A stretch of DNA of 64,000 nucleotides from Mobula birostris (lineage: Eukaryota). Within the stretch, counting starts at the first letter, position 1; each line of letters begins with the position of its first letter. Position numbers and translations under genes: made by a program. The notes below the pieces were generated by a model, which was not told the DNA's origin, did no database searches, and saw nothing but the letters and a program-made list of their open reading frames with translations. This document shows, piece by piece, positions 1-13,339 of this stretch. Location: contig NC_092376.1 of the NCBI RefSeq assembly GCF_030028105.1, forward strand, positions 92,006,230-92,070,229, read 5' to 3'.

Positions 1-3000
1 CCCTCACCGCACCCACATATCCATTATTGACTATCCATACCCCTCAACCCACCCACATTTCCATTATTGACCATCTACTCCCGAACCCCACCCATATTTC
101 CATTATTGACCATCCACCCCCCCACACCATGCCCACATTTCTATTATTGACTTTCACCCCATGACTCCACCACATTTCTATTATTGACCATCCACCCCCT
201 CACGCCACCCACATTTCCATAATTCACCATCCACACCCACACCAAACCCACATTTCCATTATTGACAATCCACACTAGCACCGCATGCACATTTCCATAA
301 TTGACCATTCACCCCCTTACCCCACCCTTATTTTCAATAATGACCATCCATCCCACCCCATATACACTTCCAATATTGACCATCCATACTCCACACCCCA
401 CACACATTTCCATTATTGACCATCTACCCCATCAACCCACCCACATTTCCATTATTCACCATTTACCCCGACAACCTACCCACATTTCCGTTATTGAACA
501 TCCACCCCCTCAACCCACCCACATTTCCATTATTGACAATCCATACCCCTCAACCCACCCACATTTCCATTATAGACCATCCACACCGACAGCACACCTG
601 CATTACCATTATTGACCGTCCACACCCTCAACTCACCCACATTCCCATTATCGACCATACAAGCCCACACCCTACCCTTATTTTCATTATTGACCATTCA
701 CCCTCTCAGCCCACCCACATTTCTATTATCGACCATCAAACCCTGCACCCCACCCAGACTTCCATTATTAACCATTCACCCCCATAACCCACCCACATTT
801 CTATTATTGACCATCAAACCCTACACCCCACCCAGATTTCCATGATTGGCCATTCACCCACATTTCCATTATTGACCATACAACCCCACAGCTCACCCAC
901 ATTTCACTTATTGACCATACAACCCCACACACCACCCACATTTCAATTATTGAGCATCCACCCTCTCACCCCACCCATATTACCATTATTGACCATCAAT
1001 CTCCACACCCTTCCCATATTTCCATTATTGACCATCCAGTCCCCTCAAACCACTAACATATCCATTATTGACCATCCACACCCACAGCTCATCCACATTT
1101 CTATTATTGACCATCGACCCCCACGCCTCACCCATATTTCCATTATTAACCATTCACCCGAACAACCCACCCACATTTCCATTATTGACCATTAAACCCT
1201 GCACCCTACCCAGATTTCCATTATTGACCATTCACCGACATTTCCATTATTGAACATCCACCCTCTCACCCCACCACATTTCCATTATTATCCATACACC
1301 CCCACATCCCACTTACATTTCCATTATTGACCATTCACCCCCACACCACACCCACATTTCATTTATTGACCATCCACACCGACAGCACACCTGCATTTTC
1401 ATTATTGACCATCCACACCCTCATCCCACCCACATATCCATCATTGACTATACAACCCCACACCTCACCACATGTCCATTACTGAACATCCACCCTCTCA
1501 CCCCACCCACATTACCATTATTGACCATCAATCTCCACACCCCACCCACATTACCATTATTGACCATCAATCTCCACACCCCACCCACATTTCCATTATT
1601 GATCATCCATTCCCCTCAAACCACCGATATTTCCATTATTGACCATCCACGCCCACACCTCATCCACATTTCTATTATTGACCATTGACCCCCACGCCTC
1701 ACCCATATTTCCATTATTAACTATTCACCCCCACAACCGACCCCCATTTCCATTACTGAACATCAAACCCTGCACCCCATCCAGATTTCCATTACTGACC
1801 ATTCACCCATATTTCCATTATTGACTGTGCACCCCCTCATCCCACCCACATTTCCATTATTAACCATCCACCTCCACACCCCACCTACATTTCCATTATT
1901 GACCATTGATACCTAACACCCCACCCAGATTTCCATTATTGAACACTCATCCCCACATCCTACCAACATTTCCATTATTGACCATCCACCCTCTTACACC
2001 ACCCATATTTCCATAAATAACCATCCACCCTCACACCCCAACCACATATCCATTATTGACCATCTACACCTGCACCCCACCCATATTTCCATTATTAACC
2101 ATCCACGCCCATACCACACCCATATTTCCATTATTTATGTTCACCCCATGACACCACCACATTTCTATTATTGACCATCCACCCTCTCAGGCCACCCACA
2201 TTTCCATAATTCGCCATCCACACCCACACCGAACCCACATTCCCATTATTGCCCATTCATCCCCACACCCCACCCACATTTCCAATATTGTCCATTCACC
2301 AAATACCTCACCCACATTTCCATTATTGACCATCCATCCTCTCACCCCACCCACATTTCCATTATTGACCATTCACCCTCTCAACCTACCCACATTTCCA
2401 ATATTGACCATCCGTCCTCTCACCCCACCCAGAATTCCATTATTGACCACCCATCCCCAAACCTCACACACATTTCCATTATTGATCATCCACCCTCTTG
2501 CACCACCCACATTTCCATTATTGATCATTAATTTCCTCACCAAACCCACATTTCCATTCTTCACCATCCATTCCCTCACCTCACCCACTTTTCCATTATT
2601 TACCATTCACCCCCACACCCCACCCACATTTGCATTATTGATGATCCACACTCTTAGCCCACCCATATTTCCATTATTGGCCATTCATCCCCCCACACCC
2701 CACGCATATTTCTATTATTGACCTTTTACCCCATGGCACCACCACAATTCTATTATTGACCACCCACCCCCTCACGTCACCCACATTTCCATAATTCACT
2801 ATCCACACCCACACCACACCCACAATTCCATTATTGATCATTCATCCCCACACCCCACCCACATTTCCAATATTGGCCATCTATCCCAACATCTCACCCA
2901 CAATTTCATTATTGACCATCCAACCCCGCACCCCACCACATTTACATTTCCATTACTGACCATCCACACTCTCACCCCACCCAAATTTCCATTATGACCT

Positions 3001-3330
3001 TGCACCTTCACACCCAACTCACATTTTCATTATTGACCAACTGCCCCCACACCCCACTCACATTTCCATTATTGACCATTCATCCCCACACCATACCCAC
3101 ATTTCCATTATTGACCATCCACCCTCTCACCCCACCCATATTTCCATTATTGACCATTGACCCCCTCACCCTACCCACATTTCCATTATTGACCATCCAC
3201 TTTCCACACCCCACCCATATTTTCATTATTGTCCATCCACCCCAGTCACCCCACCCACATTTCTATTACTGACCATCCACGTCCTCTCCCCACGCACATT
3301 TCCATCAGTGACCATTCGCCCACTCACCCC
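1..3330. repeat. C-rich minisatellite/satellite array, ~39-bp unit (approx. CCACCCACATTTCCATTATTGACCATCCACCCCCTCACC); runs off the window's left edge
   Basis: The core ATTTCCATTATTGACCAT recurs about every 39 nt. Units are diverged. The ORFs here are just repeat translations (PTFPLLTIHP). Confidence 0.97.
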
Positions 3331-4315
3331 AACCATATTTCCCCTTCTGAGGAATTACCCCCACACCCCTACTTGATTTCCCCTTTTGACATCCCTATGT
3401 TCTTTCCAGTCTCTCTGGCCCTCTCTCTAATTCCTTTGTCCTTGCTGATTTCTCCCCCCTAGTGTCTGTGCAATATCCCTCCCCATCTTCTCTTCCCCCC
3501 AGCTTCCCACATTAGGGTAACACATAGCGCACTTTCCTCTCAGACTTCTCCAACCACCCACTGATTGACTCCTCTTCCCAATTATTTCACTCAGCCAGCA
3601 GTAATTTATTTCAGTCATGTTCCCCAGTCAGTCTTCTTTCGACTGATCTTCTCTTCAAAGATCCTCCAAACCCAACTGATTCCCTCATCTGTTCCCTTGT
3701 CAAGTGGGTTGGTCGTTGCAGAAATACTCAACAGGAAGCTAGAGAATAACCATTTGTGTCAGGATTGATTCCAGTAGTCAATGATAGAACCATTTGAGTC
3801 CACCTCGAAAGTAACACACGTCTGTTCTGCAGCACCTTTCCAAAAGCATTCAAGTATGCATTGAAGTAGTTTACTCACATCCGATGAAAGAAAAAAAGTG
3901 AAACCTTTCTTGTTTTATAAACTAATCCTTTACTGAATTTGTACATTTTCTGTAATGTTCACTTTTTTAATTGTAATTCTCAGTCATGGTTTCACATTTA
4001 AGCAGACAAATTTCAAATAACGCTTTTGAGCATGTGCTGTAAAATTATGACTGATCTACTTTATTATTGATTATCGCTGAAAACAGTCTTTCAGTTTTAA
4101 ATGCAGGTACTTGAACATAATGACCAAAAGCCACTGAGATTCAGGCAAGAGCATTACTGATACTGTATGTAGAGTAAGAAAGGATTTGATCTGAATTTTG
4201 GGTTACCAAAATGAAAACCTTCAATCTAAACAAGCAAACTGTTCAAGTATGGGGCACTTGTAGAGAAACTTCATTGATTGCTGTGACATTATGAAAGCAA
4301 TGTCTAACATTCCAG

Positions 4316-6263
4316 GGTGTATGACATGTATCGGAAGCAGGGAGTAAATAAGGTGCTTGAGGAGTATAAGAAGTGCAAGAAAATACTTAGGAAAGAAATC
4401 AGGAGGGTTAAAAGAAGACATGAGGTTGCCTTGGCAGTCAAAGTGAAGGATAATCCAAAGAGCTTTTACAGGTATATTAAGAGCAAAAGGATTGTAAGGG
4501 ATAAAGTTGGTCTTCTTGAAGATCAGAGTGGTTGGCTATGTGCGGAACCAAAGGAAATGGGGGAGATCCTAAATAGGTTTTTTGTGTCTGTATTTACTAA
4601 GGAAACTGGCATGAAGTCTATGGAATTAAGGGAATCAAGTAGTGAGACCATGGCAACTGTACAGATTGAAAAGGAGGAGGTGCTTGCTGTCTTGAGGAAA
4701 ATTAAAGTGGATAAATCCCCGGGACCTGACAGGGTGTTCCCTCGGACCTTGAAGGAGACTAGTGTTGAAATTGCAGGGGCCCTGGCAGAAATATTTAAAA
4801 TGTCGCTGTCTACAGGTGAGGTGCTGGAGGATTGGAGAGTGGCTCATGTTGTTCCGTTGTTTAAAAAAGGATCGAAAAGTAATTATAGGCCAGTAAGTTT
4901 AACGTCGGTAGTAGGTAAGTTATTGGAGGGAGTACTAAGAGACAGAATCTACAAGCATTTGGATAGACAGGGACTTATTAGGGAGAGTCAACATGGCTTT
5001 GTGCGTGGTAGGTCATGTTTGAACAATCTATTGGAGTTTTTCGAGGAGGTTACCAGGAAAGTGGATGAAGGGAAGGCAGTGGATATTGTCTACATGGACT
5101 TCAGTAAGGCCTTTGACAAGGTCCCCCATGGGAGGTTAGTTAGGAAAATTCAGTGGCTAGGTATACATGGAGAGGTGGTAAATTGGATTAGACATTGGCT
5201 CAATGGAAGAAGCCAAAGAGTGGTAGTAGAGAATTACTTCTCCGAGAGGAGGCCTGTGACTAGTGGTGTGCTGCAGGAATCAGTGCTGGGTCCATTGTTA
5301 TTTGTCATCTATATCAATGATTTGGATGATAATGTAGTAAATTGGATCAGCAAATTTGCTGATGATACAAAGATTGGAGGTGTAGTAGACAGTGAGGAAG
5401 GTTTTCAGAGCCTGCAGAGGGACTTGGACCAGCTGGAAAAATGGGCTGAAAAATGGCAGATGGAGTGTGAGGTATTCCACGTTGGAAGGACAAACCAAGG
5501 TAGAACATACAGGGTTAATGGTAAGGCACTGAGGAGTGCAGTGGAACAGAGGGATCTGGGAATACAGATACAAAATTCCCTAAAAGTGGCGTCACAAGTA
5601 GATAGGATCGTAAAGAGAGCTTTTGGTACAATGGCCTTTATTAATCAAAGTATTGAGTATAAGAGCTGGAGTGTTATGATGAGGTTGTATAAGGCATTGG
5701 TGAGGCCGAATCTGGAGTATTGTGTTCAGTTTTGGTCAGCAAATTACAGGAAGGATATAAATAAGGCTGAAAGAGTGCAGAGAAGGTTTACAAGAATGTT
5801 GCCGGGACTTGAGAAACTCAGTTACAAGGAAAGGTTGAATAGGTTAGGACTTTATTCCCTGGAGCGTAGAAGAATGAAGGGAGATTTGATAGAGGCATAT
5901 AAAATTATGATGGGTATAGCTGGAGTGAATGCAAGCAGGCTTTTTCCACTGAGGCAAGGGGAGAAAAAAACCAGAGGACATGGGTTAAGGGTGAGGGGGG
6001 AAAAGTTTAAAGGGAACATTAGGGAGGGCTTCTTCACACAGAGAGTGGTGGGAGTATGGAATGAGCTGCCAGACGAGGTGGTAAATGCGGGTTCTTTTTT
6101 AACATTTAAGGATAAATTGGACGGATACATGGATGGGAGATGTATGGAGGGATATGGTCCGTGTGCAGGTCAGTGGGACTAGGCAGAAAATGGTTCAGCA
6201 CAGCCAAGAAGGGACAAAAGACCTGTTTCTGTGTTGTAGTTTCTATGATACTATGGTACTATG
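4316..6263 (+). mobile_element. 5'-truncated young CR1 LINE: ORF2 tether + RT (open ORF 4317-6182, 621 aa), 3' UTR and (CTATGGTW)n-type tail
   Basis: Motifs KSPGPD, NYRPVSLTS, QHGF, DFSKAFD, SVLGPLLF, KFADD, LERRRMKGDLIE. Tail ttctatgatactatggtactatg. No endonuclease domain. Confidence 0.97.
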
Positions 6264-6304
6264 TAATGGGTTAATTTTTATGGTAATATAGGACGAATAG
6301 TGGA

Positions 6305-6760
6305 TCAAGGATGGGTAACTAGAATATCTAAAGATGGCACTGTATTCAAGACAAAATAAAATATGGGTGTTGTCAAAAAGAGTGAACCTGAGGATTGAGA
6401 CCATTTAAGAATTCTGCAGAAGGAAGGACTGAGAAATATATAAAGAAAGTGGAAGTGGAATCTCACAGGACATGTGAAAGCAGACTGCAGAAGACTCAAT
6501 AGGTATATAAAAAGGGAAAAAAAATTACAGGCAAAATATTAAATGTGCATCTCTTAAAGACTTAGAAAATGGCAAAGAAATCAAACAAATGTTTTCTGCT
6601 TTCCCCTTATAGAAGAAGACACAATGAGCTTCCCAGAAATAAGGTAGAATAACAGTTTGAGAGTAAATGAGGATCTACAATAAATTAGTAATAATATTTT
6701 TAAGTATTATCTTTAAAAGTTAATAGCCCAGAATATTGAAATTTATCTAGATTTAGTTCC
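6305..6760 (+). mobile_element. Old, degenerate CR1 ORF2 tether fragment
   Basis: Remnants such as gactgcagaagactcaataggtatataaaaaggg and gaaaatggcaaagaaatcaaacaaatgtttt resemble CR1 'DxKSFYRYIKRK' and 'EMAEELNKYF'. Confidence 0.55.
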
Positions 6761-7290
6761 ATTTAAGAAAGGTCCTCTTTGGGTGAGGGAGGGGTTTCCC
6801 TGGGTTGATTCCCAGGGTTGGTGTGGGGGATTGGTGGAGTGGTGCATGGGCAGATTTCCCTAGGTGGGGTCTACGTTCTGTGGGCAAGTCTCCCCTCTTG
6901 TTTCTCGGGAGGGGGAAGGTGGGATTTGGGAAGGGGTTCTGTAGGCTGATCACCCAGGTGAGGTTGAGCTCCCTGAAATGAAGAAGAGTATGATCTTGTC
7001 CTGGGAACATTTGCTTCAAGATTAGCAGAGTCTGTCTGGTGTTGGATATATGAATGTCCAACATTGCTGCATCAAATAAATTTTAATTGGAATTGGAGCT
7101 CCTACGATATCCACTTACTATTACAATTCATCGTCTTGCAACAGCACTCTGTCTGAACAGACCCAACTTCTCAGCACTTCTTTCTATGGTGCAATTTGAG
7201 CATATCAGGTAGACTTTTATAGTCTTTATACATCAATATGAAGAACAGGTACTGGCAAACTCTCTTGAGGTGTTTGAGACTACTATATGT

Positions 7291-8506
7291 CAGGGGTTCT
7301 CAAGCTTTTTCAGCTCTTGGCCCACTTGTGACTTTCATTTACCCCACCCTCCATAGTCTTTGTTAATAGCTGAAGTGTTTTTTGGTCAACTGTACTAATT
7401 ATTCTAAAAAACAGTCAATATTTGTGTTTTAACAGGTTATAAGTATTATATGGTAAATATAATGTTACAAGCGTATATGAAAAATGAAACTATTTTAAAA
7501 CTCTGAATAGGATATTTATTTATAATATATTTCTATAATATTCTTCCAGCCAACAGTGAAAAAGCACTAATATTGTTACTTTGCATGTTTAGTGAGATCT
7601 TTACGATTGATGCAAATTAGCAAGTTTCTCAATGTTTGTTTGCAACTTGGTTAAAGATAATCAAAGATCACCTCTTCACAACATCAGGTTGGTTATGAGC
7701 TTTTGATAGCAGGTGAAGAGCTTGACTAAAACCACATTCAACCAGATAAGAGTTAAAAAAACAACTTTACTTTCTCGTAGAGCTACAGAAACTTATTTTG
7801 AATATCACTACTTATCCAGAAATTTTGTTTGCTGCAATTAAGTTACACTTGAGCTATTATATCACTCTGCAGCTCAATAAGACATTCTTGCAATGTGGTG
7901 TCAACGTCATTCATATGCACCCCAAAGTAATCCAATACCCAATCTGGAATGTGCATCTCCAGCGGGTCCCTGAACTGAAATTCCATATCAGTGTGCAGTT
8001 GTTTCAAATTATCAAGAGATACAATCAGATCATCAGCTTGCAGTTCTATTGTTAAGTGTGGCCAGTGAAGGAAATTGCATAAACTCAGACATCCAATATT
8101 GCTGCTGAAAAGTTCTGCGTTTTTCCAAGGAGCTCAGCCGGCTACCCTGCAGGGTGTGAATGGAGATTTGTGTTGGTCGAGCAGGAGCAGAAGTAACTAT
8201 TGACCCCACCCTCCTCATGCACACGCACACACTCACGCACACAAAGCTGTTTTGGTTCCTCGTTCCTCGTTTCGAATGGGACAATAATGAATATTTTCCC
8301 ATTCATTTCATTAAATAGACTCATTTATTTTCTCATTATATATTTTAGTAATTTTTCATTAAAACAGTAAACTTATCATGGCCCATTCAGAAACTCCTGT
8401 GGCTCCAGTTTCTTGTTTATTACGTGTGGCCCCTATGAAAACTGCCATAACCCCCCCTCCCCCCACCTTGAACGGGTGGAATATATACCCACATTGAGAA
8501 CCACTG
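7291..8506 (-). mobile_element. hAT-Charlie non-autonomous DNA transposon with transposase C-terminal remnant
   Basis: TIRs CAGGGGTTCTCAA (7291) and TTGAGAACCACTG (ends 8506). The minus strand at ~7590-7680 reads RGDL*LSLTKLQTNIEKLA..HQ..SH*, the Charlie-type C-terminus. The 8-bp flanks match only 5/8. Confidence 0.85.
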
Positions 8507-8917
8507 GTATAGGAGAATTGAAAAGAACTTGCGAAAACTGTTGTTTGGGGGATGGTGATAGAACTGATGCATTAAAGAGAGCTGTAAACTTCTGATTTGA
8601 CATTGCATGAATAAAAAAAAGTGTTACTTGAGGACTGTCTGACGGACTCGTTTGGGGAATGAATATATAAATTCATACAAATCTCAGTTTGGGCAATGCA
8701 TTACTAAAACAGTTGTTTGTGATATGCAAGAATAAAAGACAAATAAACTGCTGTTTGGAAATGTGTGAATAAAAGATTCAGACAAGCTGTTGTTCAGAAA
8801 TGTGTGAATACAGAACATGCACCAACACTTTCTTATTTACCCCTGCTTTTCTTTGGAATAAAAGCAATGCGTTGTCAAATTTCAAACTTGTCAAGTAAAC
8901 TCTCCAATGTTAAGCCA

Positions 8918-9530
8918 TTCAAAGTTGAAAGTAAATTTATTATCAAAGAATGTAAATTATCCTGAGATTTATTTTCTTGTGGGTATTCACAGTAAATCCT
9001 AAGAAACATCAAAAGAATCAATGAAAAACTAAACACAAACAAAATCTGACAAGCAACGAAGATACAACAAATAATAATAACAATAATACAAATATATAAC
9101 ATTGAGAACATGAGATGTAGAGTTCTTGAAAGTGAATCCATCAGTTTGGATCAGTGATCCATTGAGTGTTGTGGTGAGAGAATTTGTCGCACTGATTCAG
9201 GAGCCTGATGGTTTAATGGTAATAACTGTTCCTCAAGGGTAATAGCTGTTTCTGAAAGGTAATAAATGTTTCTGAAGGGTAATAACTGTTTCTTCAGGGT
9301 GATAACTGAAGGGTAATAACTGTTCATGAAGGGTAATAACTAAAGGGTAAAAACTGTTACTGAACCTCAGGCTCCTGCACCTCTTTCCAATGGTAGGACA
9401 AGAAAAGAGAATGACCTTGGGGATCCTTGATGATAGATGCCACTTTCTTGTGGCAGCACTCTTTCTAGATACGCTGAATGGTCGTGGGGGGGAAGTTTTC
9501 TTGTAATGATCTGCGCTACATTCTGAGGCT
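8918..9530 (-). mobile_element. L2-like LINE 3' fragment
   Basis: Tail ttcaaagttgaaagtaaatttattatc. Minus-strand ORF2-end motif 'GKRCRSLR...FSNSFYP'. Confidence 0.7.
9216..9362. repeat. Short tandem expansion (~19-20 nt, TGAAGGGTAATAACTGTT) inside the L2 fragment
   Basis: About 7-8 imperfect copies are visible. Confidence 0.8.
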
Positions 9531-9574
9531 GTGCTCTCTGGTCCTAGACTCACCCATGATAGGAAATATATATA

Positions 9575-12500
9575 ACCATATAACAATTACAGCACAGAAA
9601 CAGGCATCTCGGCCCTTTTAGTCCCTGCCGAACTCTTACTCTCACCTAGTCCCATCGGCCTGCACTCAGCCCATAACCCTCCATTCCTTTCCTGTCCATA
9701 TATCTATCCAATTTAACTTTAAACAACAACATCGAACCGCCTCAACCACTTCTGCTGGAAGCTCGTTCCACACAGCTACCAGTCTCTGAGTAAAGAAGTT
9801 CCCCTGAAGCCTCATGTTACCCCTAAACTTTTACCCTTTAATTCTCAACTCATGTCCTCTTGTTTGAATCTCTCCCACTCTCAATGGAAAAAGCCTAACC
9901 ATATCAACGCTATCTATCCCCCTCATAATTTTAGTCACTTCTATCAAGTCCCCCCTCAACCTTCTACACTCCAAAGAATAAAAACCCAACTTGTTCAACC
10001 TTTCTCTGTAACTTAGGAGATGAAACCCTGGGAACATTTTAGTAAACCTCCTCTGTACTCTCTATTTTGTTGACATCTTTCCTATAATTCAGTGACCAAA
10101 AATGTACACAATACTCCAAAAGTGGCCTCACCAATGCCTTATACAATTTCAACATTACATCCCAACTCCTATACTCAATGCTCTGATTTATAAAGGCCAG
10201 CATTCCAAAAGCTTTCTTCACCACCCTATCCACATGAGATTCCACCTTCAGGAAACTATGCACCGTTATTCCTAGATCCCTCCATTCTTCAATGCCCTAC
10301 CATTTACCATGTATGTCCTATTTTGATTAGTCCTACCAAAATGTAGCACCTCACATTTTTCAGCATTAAACTCCATCTGCCATCTTTCAGCCCACTCTTC
10401 TAACTGGCCTAAATCTCTCTGCAAGCTTTGAAAACCTACTTCATTATCCACAACTCAGTATCATCTGCATACTTACTCATCCAATTTACCACCCCATCAT
10501 CCAGATCATTAATGTATATGACAAACAACACTGGACCCAGTACAGACCCCTGAGGCACACCACTAGTCACTGGTCTCCAATCTGACAAACAGTTATCCAT
10601 CACCACGCTCTGGCGTCTCCCATCCAGCCACTGCTGAATCAATTTTACTACTTCAATATTAATACCTAATGACTGAACCTTCCTAACCAACCTTTTGTGT
10701 GAAACTTTGTCAAAGGCCTTACTGAAGTCTATGTAGACAACATCCACTGCTTTACCCTTGTCAACTTTCCTAGTAACCTCTTCAAAAAATTCAACAAGAT
10801 TTGTCAAACATGACCTTCCACACACAAGTCCATGTTGACTGTTCCTAATCAGACCCTGTCTATCCAGATAATTATATATACAATCTCTAAGGATACTTCC
10901 CATCAATTTACCCACCACTGACATCAAACTCACTGGCCAATAACTGCTAGGTTTATTCTTAGAACCCTTTTTAAACAATGGAACAACATGAGCAATACGC
11001 CATTCCTCCGGCACCATCCCCGTTTCTAATGACATTTGAAATATTTCTGTCATTTCTGCTATTTCCACACTAACTTCCCTCAAGGTCCGAGGGAATATCC
11101 TGTCAGGACCCGGAGATTTATCCACTTTTATATTCCTTAAAAGCTTCAGTACTTCCTCTTCTTTAATCATCATAGCTTCCATAACTTCCCTACTTATTTC
11201 CCTTATCTTACACAATTCAATATCCTTCTCCTTAGTGAATACCGAAGAAAAGAAATTGTTCAGAATCTCCCTCATCTCTTTTGGGTCCATACATAGCTGT
11301 CCACTCTGATTCTCTAAGGGACCAATTTAATCTCTCACTATCCTTTTGCTATTTATATAACGGTAGAAACCCTTGGGATTTATTTTCACCTTACTTTCCA
11401 AAGCAACCTCATATCTTCTTTTAGCTTTTCTAATTTCTTTCCTAAGATTCTTTTTACATTCTTTATATTCCTCGAGCACCTCATTTACTCCAGGCTTCCT
11501 ATATTTATTGCAGATATCTCTCTTTTTCTGAACCAAATTTCCAATATCCCTTGAAAACCATGGCTCTCTCAAACTCTTAACCTTTCCTTTCAACCTAACA
11601 GGAACATGAAGATTCTGTACCCTCAAAATGTCACCTTTAAATGACCTCCATTTCTCTATTACCTTCTTCCCATAAAACAAATTGTCCCAATTCACTCCTT
11701 CTAAATCCTTTCATATCTCCTCAAAGTTAGCCTTTCTCTAATCAAAAATCTCAACCCTGGGTCCAGACCTATCCTTCTCCATAATTATATTGAAACTAAT
11801 AGCATTGTGATCATTGGACCTGAATTACTCCCCAGCACAAACTTTCATCACCTGACCTATCTCATTCCCTAACAGGAGATCCAACACTGCCTCTTCTCTA
11901 GTTGGTACCTCTATGAATTGCTGTAAAAAACTATACTGCACACATTTTACAAACTCCAAACCATTTTACAGTATTTGCTTCCAGTATGTGTGTAGAAAAT
12001 TAAAACTGCCACAATCACAACCTTGTGCTTACTACAAATACCTGTTATCTCCTTACAAATTTGCTCCTCCAATTCTTGCTCCCCATTTGGTGGTCTATAA
12101 TACACCCCTATAAGTGTTACTACACCTTTCCCATTCCTCAATTCCACCCAAAGAGCCTCTCTAGAGTCTCTCTCTAATCTATCCTGCCAGAGTACCGCTG
12201 TAATATTTTCTCTGACAAGCAATGCAACATCTCCTCCTCTTGTCCCTCTGATTCTATCACACCTGAAGCAAGTAAATCCAGGAATATTTAGTTGCCAATC
12301 ACACCCCTCCTGTAACCATGTTTCACTAATAGCTACCACATCATACTTCCAGGTATCAATCCATGCTTTAAGCTCATTCACCTTTCTTACAATGCTTCTA
12401 ACATTAAAATAATGCATTTAAAAAACTTTCCACCTCTTACTCTCTGTTTATCACTAACGGTGCAAACAACTTTACTATTTTCTTTTTCTTCCTTCTCCCC

Positions 12501-13058
12501 TACATCTGTTCCTACACTCTGGTTCCCCTCCCCCATTGTGTCTAGTTTAAATCCTCCAGATCCGCTCTAGCAAACCTACCTGCAAGAATATTTGTCCCCC
12601 TCCAGTTCAGATGTAATCCGTCCCATCGGAACAGGTCCCACCTTCCCTGGAAAACTGCCCAATTATCTATAAATTTGAAGCCCTCCCTCCTGTGCCATGT
12701 CTTCAGCCACGTGTTGGTCTGCGCTAACTTGCTATTTCCAAACCCGCCTGCATGTGGCACTGGGAGCAATTCTGAGATTGCTATCCTGGAGGTCCTGTCC
12801 TTTCACTTGGCGCCTAACTCCCTAAACTCACCTTTCAGGACCTCCTCACTCTTCCTACCCATGTCATTGGTCCCTACATGGACCATCACATCCGGCTGCT
12901 CACCCTCCCTCTTGAGAATACAGAGAACTCGATCCGAGATATCGTGGACCTTGGCACCAGGGAGGCAACAGACCATCCGGGATTCTCGATCTCTTCCACA
13001 GAACCTCTTATCTGTCCCCCTAACTATCGAATCCCCTATCACTACTGCTCTCCTCTTG
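9575..13058 (-). mobile_element. Long CR1 LINE: ORF1 SGNH esterase part, ORF2 APE endonuclease + RT, 3' UTR; frameshifted
   Basis: ORF1: VIGDSIVRG, VHVGTND, DGLHLN (12542-13042). Endonuclease: NVRSI, SETW, YYRPP (11947-12417). RT: [14 protein letters not shown] (10436-11290). Confidence 0.96.
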
Positions 13059-13066
13059 CTGATGTA

Positions 13067-13269
13067 AAGTTGATATCAGAAGTTTACATACACCTTAGCT
13101 AAATACATTTAAACTCAGTTTTTCACAATTTCTGACATTTAATCCTCAAAAACATGCCTGTCTTAGTTCAGTTAGGATCACTACTTTATTTTAAGAATGT
13201 GAAATGTCCGAATAATAGTAGAGAGAATGATTCATTTCAGCTTTTATTTCTTTCATCACATTCCCAGTG
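13067..13269 (-). mobile_element. Sleeping Beauty-family Tc1 transposon right IR/DR, nearly complete, no transposase
   Basis: TA at 13065-66, then aagttgatatcagaagtttacatacaccttag ... gagagaatgattcatttcagcttttatttctttcatcacattcccagtg. This follows the reverse complement of the SB right IR as I recall it. Confidence 0.88.
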
Positions 13270-13339
13270 ATGAAACATCTCCAGATCCAGTCTATCTAGG
13301 CCTTTCAATATTATATATGCTTCAATGAGATCCTCCTTC

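Noticed and set aside
1-3330. CRISPR-like look of a constant core with variable spacers (also 59284-61190)
   Set aside because: The 'spacers' are variants of one another, there are no cas genes, and the context is vertebrate.
301-3462. His/Pro/Thr-rich ORFs
   Set aside because: They arise from the 39-bp (13-codon) repeat.
6753-7064. 103-aa minus-strand ORF in a G-rich patch
   Set aside because: No recognisable domain or splice context; probably a repeat remnant.
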